Positions 53,636-63,691 of a stretch of DNA of 64,000 bases are shown piece by piece. Source of the DNA: Dehalococcoidia bacterium (GTDB lineage Bacteria > Chloroflexota > Dehalococcoidia > Lucifugimonadales > UBA1123). The first letter of the stretch is position 1. Each line of letters begins with the position of its first letter. The position numbers were made by a program, and so were the translations under genes. The notes beneath the pieces are model-generated. The model saw nothing but the letters and a program-made list of their open reading frames with translations, was not told the DNA's origin and searched no databases. The stretch lies in assembly GCA_034428835.1 (NCBI GenBank), contig DAOUHG010000028.1, positions 19,742 through 83,741 of the forward strand, in the 5' to 3' direction.

Positions 53636-53747
53636 TCGAAGCGCGCTTCAGGCTCAACGTCCGTTTCGGACATCCTGGGATGGCGAACTTTAAGGGTCGC
53701 CATAGTCAATGTACGTCTGCAACCATGCTCGGAGATTGCGCTAGCCA

Positions 53748-54365
53748 TCATTGATCGTCTCGGTCTTCTGAGTTAATCATGCGTGAAGTGTGGACTAGCC
53801 TATGGACCGCCGTGACAGTCGTCAGCGCGCCAATCACACCCAGCACGACAAGCATCGTGATGGGCAGCCAGTGACCGACAATCAGTGCTGTCCCAATTGC
53901 GACAACCCGCTCAGGCCTTGTCATTACTCCGACCTTGCAGTCGATGCCAAGTCCCTCAGATCTTGCACGCATATAGCTGACCATGATGGACCCCACCAGC
54001 GCGACGTAGACGAGAATCGAGCCGAGATCGTCGTTCGAGGATAGGTAGAATGCGAGCAGTCCCAGAAGGACGACAGCCTCCGATACCCGATCAATCGTGG
54101 AATCGAGCAGGGCGCCGAAATCTGACTCCTTACCGGTCGCCCTCGCCAGAGCGCCGTCGAACATGTCAAAGGCGCCCGCGAACAGTACGATAAGTCCGCC
54201 TCCCCACCAGTGCCCGGTAGCGATCAGGTAGGCTCCCGCGCCCGCAATGGCTAGCCCGATCAGCGTCACTAGGTTTGGGGTCAGTCCGAGCCGGGCAAGC
54301 AGACGCGCGACGGGTCGTTCTACATAGTTTGCAACCGCCTGTCGAGCGCTGTCCCGCCCCATCAT
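53748..54365 (-). CDS. CDP-alcohol phosphatidyltransferase (phosphatidylinositol-phosphate synthase-like)
   Basis: 205 aa, about 5-6 TM segments. Perfect D-x2-D-G-x2-A-R-x8-G-x3-D-x3-D motif in FDMFDGALARATGKESDFGALLDSTIDRV. Confidence 0.8.
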   Translation of the reverse strand: MMGRDSARQAVANYVERPVARLLARLGLTPNLVTLIGLAIAGAGAYLIATGHWWGGGLIVLFAGAFDMFDGALARATGKESDFGALLDSTIDRVSEAVVLLGLLAFYLSSNDDLGSILVYVALVGSIMVSYMRARSEGLGIDCKVGVMTRPERVVAIGTALIVGHWLPITMLVVLGVIGALTTVTAVHRLVHTSRMINSEDRDDQ

Positions 54366-54436
54366 AATCTCACCGCACAGTGGTCTGGGTATCGAGACAT
54401 ATTAGGCAGACAGAACTGACACGGTCAAATCTGGCG

Positions 54437-55588
54437 CTACAGAGATGCGGTTACGGTCCGCTCGGGGACGAACTCCTCGTAGTAGTCCATGACCCGTCTT
54501 GCCACGCGCTCCCAGCGGAAACTGTCGGCAGTCCTGATTCCCTCCGCGCTCAGCCGCTGTCGCAGATGACCGTCGTCAATCAGCGCAGCCATCGCTTTCG
54601 CAAGGGCCTCGTCATCCTTTGGAGGGACCAGTAGACCGTTGTGCCCGTGTTCGACCACACTTGCGTATCCTTCTATTTCGGTTGCGAGTACAGGCGCCCC
54701 GGCAGCCATAGCCTCCAGCAGCACAATTCCGAAACTCTCTTTTCCAGTTGCCGGTGAGCAGTAGACGTGGGCGGACTTGAAGTATCTCGCCCGCAGCTCG
54801 TCTGAAGTCCGTCCAACTATGACGACGTCCTGAAGATTGCGCTCGCTCATGATTCGATAGCAGTCAGCATCCGGCTGACCTGCGCCGACCACGATCAGCC
54901 TCAACTCGGGCCGGTCCCACTTGAGACGGCTATATGCGGAGAGCAGGTACTTCAACCCCTTCCGCTTTTCGAGCCTGCCCAGGAACAGAATATTGACTTT
55001 GCCGTCCATCAGCTCCGGAAGTGGCTCTGCGCGTTTGAAGTCATCCACCCTGACGCCATTGGGGATGATCCTGTATTCGCCGGGGAAGTGGCTGTTGACG
55101 AAACGAGCAGCCGGGCTGGACACTGCTATTCTTCCGTGAAGCCGATTGAGCAGCCGGTTCGCCAACCGGTCCGGACCTATGGCCCACCAGACACGCCTGC
55201 GTCGATAGCTGTGGAATGTTGCGACGGTGACTGTCCTGTCGGTATCTATGTGGCGAAGAGCGCTAAATGGCACGAACCCTACAAGCGGTTCGTGCATGTG
55301 GACTATGTCGAATCGTTCTCTCTCGAGTAGCGACTTGATCTGAGGATGAAGCCAAACTGACAGCGAGACCCTGGCGATTGAGTCCGCACTCCGCAGAGGG
55401 ACCGCACGGCCCATCGGGATGAAATCAGGATCGTCCGAAGGTAGCGGCGAGGAACTCGGAGCAACAATGCGTACCGTGTGACCCCACGTACGAAATTGGT
55501 CGGCGAGTTCACGAATGTGACTTTGAACTCCGCCGCTGTAAGCGTGGTCATACGGTGAGAATAGGCCGATTTTACGAGATCGGTCCAT
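54437..55588 (-). CDS. GT4 glycosyltransferase, PimA-like
   Basis: 383 aa. N-terminus KIGLFSPYDHAYSGGVQSHIRELADQFRTWGHTVRIVAPSS closely parallels mycobacterial PimA (MRIG..CPYS.DVPGGVQSHV..LA..L...GH.V.VLAP). C-terminal E-x7-E region ESFGIVLLEAMAAG. Confidence 0.8.
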   Translation of the reverse strand: MDRSRKIGLFSPYDHAYSGGVQSHIRELADQFRTWGHTVRIVAPSSSPLPSDDPDFIPMGRAVPLRSADSIARVSLSVWLHPQIKSLLERERFDIVHMHEPLVGFVPFSALRHIDTDRTVTVATFHSYRRRRVWWAIGPDRLANRLLNRLHGRIAVSSPAARFVNSHFPGEYRIIPNGVRVDDFKRAEPLPELMDGKVNILFLGRLEKRKGLKYLLSAYSRLKWDRPELRLIVVGAGQPDADCYRIMSERNLQDVVIVGRTSDELRARYFKSAHVYCSPATGKESFGIVLLEAMAAGAPVLATEIEGYASVVEHGHNGLLVPPKDDEALAKAMAALIDDGHLRQRLSAEGIRTADSFRWERVARRVMDYYEEFVPERTVTASL

Positions 55589-55819
55589 ACCCTCTCCTTG
55601 AGTCGGCGATCCGGAGCGCTTGTCAGCAGGCTGAACCGCCTGACTTGGGGTTGGTAGCTCCGGGGGCTTGATCGTCGAAGTGCCGGATTCGTCCCCATTC
55701 TATCCGTATCCGCAGCGAATGACCAGTCATACGTCAAGACAAAGAGATAGAACGTGCGAGACCTGATCATCGACTCACGCCTGAATACGAGGACGATTTG
55801 TGATGGACAGGCTGTCCGC

Positions 55820-56902
55820 CTAGTTGTCCACTCCCGTTATGAAGTCCTCGACCATCTGTCGAGCGACTGAGTCAGTGTACTGGACCGGAGGGGACTTCAT
55901 GAAGTAGGCCGACGGCCCAAGGATCGGACCACCGAGTCCGCGGTCCTTGGCGATCTTCGCGCATCTGATAGCGTCAATTACGACCCCTGCTGAGTTGGGG
56001 CTGTCCCACACTTCCAGCTTCAATTCTACGTTAAGGGGTACGTCGCCGAAACTGGTGCCCTCAAGCCTGATATATGCCCATTTGCGGTCTGACAGCCAGG
56101 GCACATGGTCCGAAGGGCCAATATGGATGTTGTCAGCATCGAGGTCTACATCAACCTGGGACTGGACCGAGTTGGTCTTGGAGATCTTCTTCGAGGTCAG
56201 GCGACTGCGCTCGAGCATGTTGAGAAAGTCGGAGTTGCCGCCGAAGTTGAGCTGGTAAGTCCTTTCCAGTTCGACGCCGCGGTCCATGAACAGCCTCGTG
56301 AGTACTCGGTGAACAATCGTGGCGCCGACTTGCGACTTGATGTCGTCGCCGATTATCGGAGCACCTGCGTCCCTGAATCTCCGCTGCCAGTAGTCTCCCT
56401 CCCCGCTGGCGACAAAAACCGGAATGCAGTTGATCATCCCGCATCCGGCAGCAAGGATCTGTTCGGCGTACCACCTCGTGGCATCTTCGGACCCGACTGG
56501 GAGGTAGTTGATTACAACGTCTACTTCCCGCTCTTTAAGGATTCCGACTATGTCGTCGGTCGTGCCAGGAGCTTTTTCAATGACTTCGGACATGTACTCG
56601 CCCACACCGTCCAGTGTCATGCCGCGCTGGACCGAGATGCCGGTGTGAGGGACATCGTGAAACTTCACTGTGTTATTGGGTTCAGCGTAAATGGCTTCTG
56701 ACAGGTCCAGTCCGACCTTGTTGGCATCGATGTCGAATCCTGCGACTACCTTTATGTCACCTATCCCGTACTCTCCAAGCACAGGATGCATGATCCCCGG
56801 AATGCTGTCCTCTGGACCGGTGTCGGAGTACTTGTGTATCCCCTGGACCAGAGAAGATGCGCAGTTCCCCACGCCGATTATTGCCACGTTGATGTCAGCC
56901 AA
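55820..56902 (-). CDS. ino1: inositol-3-phosphate synthase (myo-inositol-1-phosphate synthase)
   Basis: [22 protein letters not shown] fold, and [10 protein letters not shown]. Probable TTG start at 56902 (GGTGGAG upstream) gives 360 aa. The track's 390-aa version extends upstream. Confidence 0.85.
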   Translation of the reverse strand: MADINVAIIGVGNCASSLVQGIHKYSDTGPEDSIPGIMHPVLGEYGIGDIKVVAGFDIDANKVGLDLSEAIYAEPNNTVKFHDVPHTGISVQRGMTLDGVGEYMSEVIEKAPGTTDDIVGILKEREVDVVINYLPVGSEDATRWYAEQILAAGCGMINCIPVFVASGEGDYWQRRFRDAGAPIIGDDIKSQVGATIVHRVLTRLFMDRGVELERTYQLNFGGNSDFLNMLERSRLTSKKISKTNSVQSQVDVDLDADNIHIGPSDHVPWLSDRKWAYIRLEGTSFGDVPLNVELKLEVWDSPNSAGVVIDAIRCAKIAKDRGLGGPILGPSAYFMKSPPVQYTDSVARQMVEDFITGVDN

Positions 56903-57057
56903 CTTGCTCCACCTGCCTCGCGTCTGGATCGGGTCCTTTTCCAAGTATGCACGAGCGATTATTCGCAGGCACACGCTGTCGAATTGTAGCACCTGCCAAA
57001 TAATGCGAACAAGCCGAGCGCATCACTGTCGGCGCCCATGCGTGTAGTCGGCCGCGC

Positions 57058-57090
57058 CCCGCATTGAGCCCGCATTGAGCCCGCATTGAG
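57058..57090. repeat. 11-bp tandem repeat x3 (ccc-gcattgag) in the ino1/uvrA divergent spacer
   Basis: gcattgagccc at 57061-57071 and 57072-57082, and gcattgag at 57083-57090, read directly. Confidence 0.85.
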
Positions 57091-57125
57091 ATAGTAGCGA
57101 TGCTGCGTATTCACTCGTAAACGCC

Positions 57126-57154
57126 TTACACCCTCGCCCGGCTGGTGGTAGAAT
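57126..57154 (+). promoter_or_regulatory. putative uvrA promoter
   Basis: TTACAC (57126-57131), 17 nt, TAGAAT (57149-57154) with TG at -15/-14. A short GC hairpin cgcccg-cacg-cgggcg follows in the leader. Confidence 0.35.
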
Positions 57155-57227
57155 CTAGGTTGCGACGTCGCCCGCACGCGGGCGCTACTCGCATCCTCAG
57201 ACCCCGCCCGGAGGACGCTCTCAGAAC

Positions 57228-60131
57228 ATGCCACTCGAGAACATCGTGGTTCGCGGTGCGCGCGAGCACAACCTCAAAAACGTCGACGTTACTATCCCTC
57301 GCAATAAGCTGGTAGTCATTACTGGTGTGTCTGGCTCGGGCAAGAGTTCGCTGGCGTTCGACACCATCTACGCGGAGGGCCAGCGCCGATATGTCGAGTC
57401 TCTGTCAGCATATGCCCGCCAGTTCTTGGGCCGGATGGACAAGCCGGATGTGGAGTACATCGAGGGTCTGTCTCCCGCTATCTCCATCGATCAGAAGGGA
57501 GTCTCCCACAACCCGCGTTCCACCGTCGGAACTGTTACTGAGATCTACGACTACCTGAGGCTCCTGTTCGCGAGGGTAGGGCGTCCCCACTGCTACAAGT
57601 GCGGACGCCCAGTTGAGCGGCAGACAGTTCAGCAGATCGTTGACTCAGTCCTAGGTCTGCCAGAAAGGATCAGGCTGCAGATTCTCGCGCCGATGGTCAG
57701 GCGACGCAAGGGCGAGCACAAAGAGGTCTTTGAGAACGCGCGCCAGGCTGGATTCGTCAGAGTGCGAGTGAACGGCGAAGTCCACGATCTCAGCGAGCAG
57801 TTCGATCTTGACAAGCAGAAATGGCACACGATCGAGATCGTGGTCGACCGTCTGGTGTCCGGGAACAGCGCAGACGTCGGCCGCGTCACCGACTCTGTCG
57901 AGACTGCTCTGCGAATGGCTGGGGGTATCGTACTCGTCGATGTGGCCGGTGAAAATGAGATGCTGTTCTCCGAACACTTCGCGTGTGTCCACTGTAGCAT
58001 CAGCCTGGGCGAATTGGAGCCGCGCACCTTCAGCTTTAACAACCCCCACGGAGCCTGTTCCACATGTACTGGCTTGGGTTACAAGCTGGAAATCGATCCC
58101 GATCTGGCTATTCCAGACAATTCGAAGAGCATAGCGCAGGGCGCGATCGAACCGTGGTCGCGGACGGGCACCGTGGCGTCGTGGAATATGAGCCAACTCG
58201 AGTCTCTCGGCAGAGAGTTCGACTTCACCGTCGACGACCCTGTCGAGACGCTCACGAAGCGACAGCTAAACGCGCTGCTTCGCGGTACGGGCCGAAAGCG
58301 GATTCGCATCACCCACCGCACTCAGCGTGGACGTACTTACCGCTGGGACACGCGCTTTGAGGGCGTTTTGAACAACCTTGAGCGTCGGTATTTGGAGACC
58401 GAGTCCGACCACGTCCGTCAGGAGATCGAAAGATACATGTCGGCTCGGCCGTGCGCCGACTGCGGTGGGCAAAAGCTCAGGCCCGAGGCGCGGGCAGTCA
58501 CCATAGCAGGATCGAACATCACCAGCATGACTGATCGGTCCATATCTCAGGCGCTGGAATGGATCAATGTCATCTCTGGGAATGCCTCCTCTATCAACGG
58601 TACCGGCCCGGAAGACCTTTTGACCGACCGAGAAAAAGCCATTGCGGAGCAGATCCTGAAGGAGATCGAAGCCAGGCTGAGATTCCTCTTGAACATAGGT
58701 CTGGACTACCTCACGCTCTCCCGAACTGCTTCGACATTGAGCGGCGGTGAGGCCCAGCGAATCCGACTTGCCACGCAGATCGGGTCTGGACTGATGGGCG
58801 TCCTGTACGTGTGCGACGAGCCTTCCATAGGACTTCATCCCGCGGACGACCACCGCCTTATCCGCACGCTCCAGAACCTGCGCGACATAGGAAACACGGT
58901 GCTGATCGTCGAGCATGATGAGGCGATAATGCGTGCCGCCGATCACATCGTCGATCTCGGGCCTGGCGCTGGAGAGCACGGCGGACATATCGTAGCTGAA
59001 GGCACCGTACAGTCGATCATCGACACCCCGGAGTCGCTCACCGGCCAATATCTGGGTGGCACGAAGCAGATTCCAGTGCCCGTCGAGCGAAGGCAGGGCA
59101 GCGGCAAGTCCATAACTATCAGGGGAGCTCGACAGAACAACCTCAGGAGCATCGACGTTGAGATCCCCCTGGGCCAGTTGGTCTGCATAACAGGCGTCTC
59201 CGGTTCCGGTAAGAGCACCCTCATCTACGAGATTCTGTACAAGAAGCTCGCGCAGACGCTCTACCGCGCCCGTGAGCGCCCTGGCGACTGCGACTCGATA
59301 GACGGCATTCAAAACATAGACAAGGTGGTGAATATCGACCAGTCGCCGATTGGTCGCACCCCACGCTCGAACCCGGCGACCTACACCGGCACGTTCACTC
59401 CCATCCGTGAGCTGTTCGCGACTGTCCCCGAAGCTCGCACGCGAGGTTATAAACCGGGCCGTTTCTCCTTCAATGTCAAGGGGGGCAGATGCGAGGCGTG
59501 CACGGGTGATGGCTACATCAACATTGAGATGCAGTTCCTCCCCGACGTAACCGTCCCGTGCGAGGTGTGCTCCGGCGCGCGCTACAATCGCGAGGCGCTT
59601 GAGATCGAGTGGAAAGGCGCGAATATAGCCCGAATCCTGAACATGACTGTTACCGAGGCCCTGGAGCACTTTGAGAACATACCGCGCGTCAAGCGAAAGC
59701 TACAGACCATGTACGACGTTGGTCTCGGCTACATCCGACTTGGACAACCGGCCACCCAACTCAGCGGCGGCGAGGCCCAGCGCGTGAAGCTGTCTACCGA
59801 ACTCTCTAAGCGCGCCACCGGACAGACGCTCTACATCCTCGACGAGCCGACCACCGGCCTGTCATTCGAGGACTGTTCGCACCTGATGCGCGTTCTCCAT
59901 CGTCTCGTGGACGCCGGCAACAGTGTGGTGCTGATCGAACACCACCTCGACCTCATCAAGAGCGCCGACTGGCTGATAGACCTCGGTCCCGGAGCCGGCG
60001 ACAAGGGCGGCGACGTCGTCGCCCAGGGCACACCCGAAGACCTGGCCGCGATGGACCATTCACAGACAGGATACTACCTGCGAAAAGTGCTGCCGAGCCT
60101 TGCACTGGAGACGGCACAGGCAGCCGACTGA
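57228..60131 (+). CDS. uvrA: excinuclease ABC subunit A
   Basis: 967 aa, [10 protein letters not shown], two ABC modules ([12 protein letters not shown] and [10 protein letters not shown]), LSGGEAQR x2, zinc modules. Confidence 0.95.
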   Translation: MPLENIVVRGAREHNLKNVDVTIPRNKLVVITGVSGSGKSSLAFDTIYAEGQRRYVESLSAYARQFLGRMDKPDVEYIEGLSPAISIDQKGVSHNPRSTVGTVTEIYDYLRLLFARVGRPHCYKCGRPVERQTVQQIVDSVLGLPERIRLQILAPMVRRRKGEHKEVFENARQAGFVRVRVNGEVHDLSEQFDLDKQKWHTIEIVVDRLVSGNSADVGRVTDSVETALRMAGGIVLVDVAGENEMLFSEHFACVHCSISLGELEPRTFSFNNPHGACSTCTGLGYKLEIDPDLAIPDNSKSIAQGAIEPWSRTGTVASWNMSQLESLGREFDFTVDDPVETLTKRQLNALLRGTGRKRIRITHRTQRGRTYRWDTRFEGVLNNLERRYLETESDHVRQEIERYMSARPCADCGGQKLRPEARAVTIAGSNITSMTDRSISQALEWINVISGNASSINGTGPEDLLTDREKAIAEQILKEIEARLRFLLNIGLDYLTLSRTASTLSGGEAQRIRLATQIGSGLMGVLYVCDEPSIGLHPADDHRLIRTLQNLRDIGNTVLIVEHDEAIMRAADHIVDLGPGAGEHGGHIVAEGTVQSIIDTPESLTGQYLGGTKQIPVPVERRQGSGKSITIRGARQNNLRSIDVEIPLGQLVCITGVSGSGKSTLIYEILYKKLAQTLYRARERPGDCDSIDGIQNIDKVVNIDQSPIGRTPRSNPATYTGTFTPIRELFATVPEARTRGYKPGRFSFNVKGGRCEACTGDGYINIEMQFLPDVTVPCEVCSGARYNREALEIEWKGANIARILNMTVTEALEHFENIPRVKRKLQTMYDVGLGYIRLGQPATQLSGGEAQRVKLSTELSKRATGQTLYILDEPTTGLSFEDCSHLMRVLHRLVDAGNSVVLIEHHLDLIKSADWLIDLGPGAGDKGGDVVAQGTPEDLAAMDHSQTGYYLRKVLPSLALETAQAAD

Positions 60132-60207
60132 GCTGGATCACCATTGACTCGATACAGCGTGACACGTTTTGCTTGCAAAATGCAGTTATCGATGTCAAAA
60201 TGCTGTC

Positions 60208-60444
60208 ATGCCAGTACAGATAACAATAAGGAACGTACCAGAGGAAGTCCGCGACGTGTTGGCCGCCCGGGCCGCGCGTAAACGCCAGTCCATGCAGCAA
60301 TACTTGCGTGTCGAACTGGAGAGAATCGCCTCGAAACTGAACACCGATGAGTGGCTTGAGGAAGTTCGTCACTTCAAGAAGACCACGGGCATACAGATCT
60401 CAGCTTCAAAGATACTTGAAGCTCGTGACGCTGACAGAAAGTGA
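60208..60444 (+). CDS. vapB: ribbon-helix-helix (FitA/VapB-like) antitoxin
   Basis: 78 aa from ATG 60208, MPVQITIRNVPEEVRDVLAARAARKRQSMQQYLRVELERIA. Stop overlaps the vapC GTG (GTGA). Confidence 0.7.
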   Translation: MPVQITIRNVPEEVRDVLAARAARKRQSMQQYLRVELERIASKLNTDEWLEEVRHFKKTTGIQISASKILEARDADRK

Positions 60445-60845
60445 CAGTGGTCGTTGATGCATCCGCACTGGTTGCCGCGCTGACGAATTCAGGTCCGGAG
60501 GGCACGTGGGCCGAAGTCGAGCTGACCAGTCAGGCGTTGGCGGCGCCTGAAGTCCTAATGGCCGAGGCGAGCAACACTCTTCGGAGCCTTGAACGTACTG
60601 GCGAGCTCTCTACCCCGGAAGCAACTACGGTTCACGGAATAATGACGAGCACCAATGTAGAACTCTACACTTTCGCACCTTTCTCCGATCGTGTGTGGGA
60701 GTTGAGGCACAACCTGACGTGCTACGATGCTTGGTACGTTGCGCTCGCAGAGATGCTCGACTGTCCGCTAATCACATTGGACCGACGACTCAGTCGCGCT
60801 GCTGGCCCGACATGTGAGTTCGTTACGCCCACTTATCCAGTCTGA
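60441..60845 (+). CDS. vapC: PIN-domain toxin VapC
   Basis: 134 aa, VVVDASALVAAL (first acidic residue), ...CYDAWYVALAEMLDCPLITLDRRL. Confidence 0.8.
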   Translation: MTVVVDASALVAALTNSGPEGTWAEVELTSQALAAPEVLMAEASNTLRSLERTGELSTPEATTVHGIMTSTNVELYTFAPFSDRVWELRHNLTCYDAWYVALAEMLDCPLITLDRRLSRAAGPTCEFVTPTYPV

Positions 60846-60860
60846 GAGAGCCAAGCCCAC

Positions 60861-61277
60861 ATGACAAACGTAAGCCCGCATGTAGACGAATTCCTCAGCC
60901 AGACCCTGGTCGGCGTCATCAGTACCGTTGACGCTCAGGGCAGACCTCGCTCCGCTCCGATTTGGTACCAGTGGGAGGACGGCGCGGCCTACTTCTTCAC
61001 CGGACGCCGCACACTCAAGTGGCGCAACCTTCTGCGAGACCCTCACGCTTCGCTATGCGCAGACTGGCGAGAGCCACCGTACAGGTCGGTGATAGTCGAT
61101 GGCACGGTGGAAGAGGTCACTAGACCCCTGTACGACCTCGTGCTTTCAATGGCCACCCGATACTACGGTGAGGAAGAGGGACGCGCGTTCGCCGAGGGCT
61201 ATCGAGGAGACCACCAGGATGTCGTCATCTTTCGCCTCGTAGCGACCCACGTGGCCGACTATACAGACGGCGGTTAG
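60861..61277 (+). CDS. PPOX-class (pyridoxamine 5'-phosphate oxidase-like) probable F420-dependent enzyme
   Basis: 138 aa, GVISTVDAQGRPRSAPIWYQWEDGAAYFFTGRRTLKWRNLLRDPHASL. Confidence 0.75.
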   Translation: MTNVSPHVDEFLSQTLVGVISTVDAQGRPRSAPIWYQWEDGAAYFFTGRRTLKWRNLLRDPHASLCADWREPPYRSVIVDGTVEEVTRPLYDLVLSMATRYYGEEEGRAFAEGYRGDHQDVVIFRLVATHVADYTDGG

Positions 61278-61301
61278 CGGCCGAGTTTTGGGAAGCAGGT
61301 C

Positions 61302-61562
61302 TCAGGGCAGCGGGTCAATCTTGTCCGGGATCTCGTGACGCCTGATCCTATTCCAGGCTTCTCGCAGCTCAGCCCGATGTAGCGAAGCCCATTGTCGCAC
61401 CAGCCGCCGTGCGCGCGGTGAAATCGCACCGTTGGCTATTTCGAGGTCTTCAATGGTCATCGCAACGTCATGCCCGCCGTACTTCGCGTGAAAATGAGGC
61501 GGTGCGTGATCCTGCGAATACATATGAATCGTGATTCCGTAGAATCGCGAGAGTTCAGGCAC
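61302..61562 (-). CDS. DUF4160 domain protein
   Basis: 86 aa, MPELSRFYGITIHMYSQDHAPPHFHAKYGGH, family hallmark. Confidence 0.8.
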   Translation of the reverse strand: MPELSRFYGITIHMYSQDHAPPHFHAKYGGHDVAMTIEDLEIANGAISPRARRLVRQWASLHRAELREAWNRIRRHEIPDKIDPLP

Positions 61563-61845
61563 TTCTTGATGAAAGCGACTTTAGCGCAGGCATAAGCTCT
61601 TCGACCGGCTTGCCCGTTACTTTGATGTAGAGCGAGTCAGGACAGAGTTCTGCATCATCCGACCACGCGATAGAGTCGAACTCGGATATATGTACGCTCT
61701 CGAAGAACGACATGTCGTTCCAGACTTCAAAGATTCCCGTGCGCGGGATGTCCGAAAGATCTACCTCACCCTCGACCCCGTCTTCGTATTGCAGCCAAAT
61801 CTTGTAGCCTCCGCGCGGCTGTACTGCTATGGGACGTGAAATCAT
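61555..61845 (-). CDS. DUF2442 domain protein
   Basis: 96 aa, ...VQPRGGYKIWLQYEDGVEGEVDLS...WSDDAELCPDSLY. Overlaps the DUF4160 gene by 8 nt. Confidence 0.8.
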   Translation of the reverse strand: MISRPIAVQPRGGYKIWLQYEDGVEGEVDLSDIPRTGIFEVWNDMSFFESVHISEFDSIAWSDDAELCPDSLYIKVTGKPVEELMPALKSLSSRSA

Positions 61846-61930
61846 CGGCCTCTCCGGTTCATATCTGACTGTCGCCCGGCGATTTTGGATGGCAGGGCGA
61901 GGGAGATGTTCGCACGCTTATTGTACTACG

Positions 61931-63691
61931 TTACCTCCGCAACACCGGCAGTTGCAGCGCCGACGGGTGGTCCGCGTCGTGCAGAACAGTCTGTGTTGAC
62001 GGAGTCATTTCAGCCGACTGATCGTGAGGCGAGCCCGTATGCCTCGCATACGCCGGGAAGTTGCTGGAAGACACTTCCAGCCTGATCCGATGGCCCTTGC
62101 GGAACAGCATCGCCGTGGGACCGACCTCCACCCGGAATTGGCAGACCTCTCCTGGCTTCACCGGTGAAGGCGTCTCCAGCGAGTCTCTATAGCTGGCCCT
62201 GAGAATTCCGTCGCACACGTTAAGCGTCCGTCCGTCAGGATGCACATCGACCAGTTTGCCTGTCCAGTCGGTATCCTCAGCAGTGGTCGCCGCCCAAAGG
62301 TCGAGCGTGACGTAGCCTGTCACTTCAGTGTCCCGTTCCAGCGGCTCCGACGTGTATACGAGCACGTCGCCCCGTGACTCTACCCCACGCTGGTCTTGGA
62401 CTCCGACCTGAAAGAGCGTAGGGACGCCGCCAAGATGAGCGCCGCCATTCGTCGGCACCGGATTCGCAGGGTTGTACAGAAAGTGGTCAGGCGATTCCGA
62501 CACCGCTGGCGGATCGGCGGACAGTTCCCCGTCTCCGTTCAGAGTATTCGCTCTGCCCCCGCTTCGCAGGAACAGCGTCATGGTCTCGGCGTCTGGCGGG
62601 GGCCAGGCCTCCTCGGCCCGCCACTCGTTGGCGCCCATTACGAATAGGTAAGCGCTGGGGTCGGTGTCGACTCCGTTGTCCTCGTTCCTCAACCAGCGGT
62701 CATACCAGGCAAGCTGCATCCCGTGCCAATCAATTGCGGCGCCCGACGCCGACGGTCCGAAGTAGCCATTTCCCGCCGATGGTTCTGGGAGTGCCTGGTG
62801 CAGCCACGGTCCCACCACAAGGTGCTGCTGGGACCGTGCCAACTCGCTCCCACCCTGTTCCTGCATGTCCTCATAATTGCGCAGCGTGGCGCGGATGAAG
62901 CCGTCGTACCAACCCCCCTGGTTGAGAGCGGGCACTGTTATGCGATCATACTTCTCGCGCGGAGCGAACGACTTCCAGTAGTCGTCATATGTCGGGTGTT
63001 CGAGCCAGTCGTAGTAGTAGTCGCAGACCTCTCTGAGAGCCGGCATGTCGCCCAGCGGCAGGTGATTGGCAATCGCGAACGGGTCCCGGCGCCACTCGCG
63101 CAGCAGCGCTCGCGCCTCTGGGTGTCGCGCGGACCGAGGCGCAAAGTCGTCCAGCACGAAACCGGACGCCCAGCCGCTTATCCAGAACAGTTGGAAGACG
63201 CCTCCGAGATACGTCCAGCTATCGTAGTAAGAGTCCGCCGTCACGCCCGGAACGATTGCCTTCAGAGCCGGATGCGCTTCAGTGGCGGCCAGCCACTGCG
63301 TCGCCCCGTGGTATGAGATTCCAAACATCCCCACGTTGCCGTCGGACCACGGCTGGGAGGCGATCCAATCTATGGTGTCGTAGCCGTCTCGCGCCTCGTT
63401 GACGTATGGATACCATTCCCCATCAGAAGCGTGACGTCCCCGTACGTCCTGTATCACTACCGCGTACCCTCGATCCAGCGCTCTCATCGGATCGAGGTAC
63501 ATGCTTCGATACCGTGGCGAGTGTTTGCCGTAGGGAATCCGCTGTAGGAGGGTAGGGTGCCGCCCGCCGCCCGCCGGCCTGTACACGTCGGCACGAAGAA
63601 CCACGCCGTCCCTCATGGGCACCGCGACATTCGTCTCAGAAGATACAGATGTCGAGCGTCGGAATTCATCTTTGGCAGGTTTGGGCAGCAT
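61931..63691 (-). CDS. CocE/NonD family hydrolase (S15), stand-alone paralogue of the fused module
   Basis: Start set at ATG 63691 (GAGG upstream). VPMRDGVVLRADVYRP, LQRIPYGK, nucleophile GISYHG, C-terminal HRIRLEVSSSNFP. Confidence 0.85.
   Translation of the reverse strand: MLPKPAKDEFRRSTSVSSETNVAVPMRDGVVLRADVYRPAGGGRHPTLLQRIPYGKHSPRYRSMYLDPMRALDRGYAVVIQDVRGRHASDGEWYPYVNEARDGYDTIDWIASQPWSDGNVGMFGISYHGATQWLAATEAHPALKAIVPGVTADSYYDSWTYLGGVFQLFWISGWASGFVLDDFAPRSARHPEARALLREWRRDPFAIANHLPLGDMPALREVCDYYYDWLEHPTYDDYWKSFAPREKYDRITVPALNQGGWYDGFIRATLRNYEDMQEQGGSELARSQQHLVVGPWLHQALPEPSAGNGYFGPSASGAAIDWHGMQLAWYDRWLRNEDNGVDTDPSAYLFVMGANEWRAEEAWPPPDAETMTLFLRSGGRANTLNGDGELSADPPAVSESPDHFLYNPANPVPTNGGAHLGGVPTLFQVGVQDQRGVESRGDVLVYTSEPLERDTEVTGYVTLDLWAATTAEDTDWTGKLVDVHPDGRTLNVCDGILRASYRDSLETPSPVKPGEVCQFRVEVGPTAMLFRKGHRIRLEVSSSNFPAYARHTGSPHDQSAEMTPSTQTVLHDADHPSALQLPVLRR

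Noticed and set aside
57091-57227. LexA/SOS box upstream of uvrA
   Set aside because: No GAAC-N4-GTTC or CTGT-N8-ACAG type palindrome is visible in the spacer.
58266-59669. Long antisense ORFs inside recognised genes. Examples: 58266..59669(-) in uvrA, 24082..24909(-) in the binding protein, 29696..30565(-) and 29931..30758(-) opposite the collagen-like gene, 27205..28050(-), 6117..6911(+), 40741..41409(+), 15534..16214(-).
   Set aside because: These are shadow ORFs typical of GC-rich DNA. They have Arg/Gly/Pro/Ala-rich low-complexity translations and no recognisable family, and each is fully overlapped by a confidently identified gene on the other strand.
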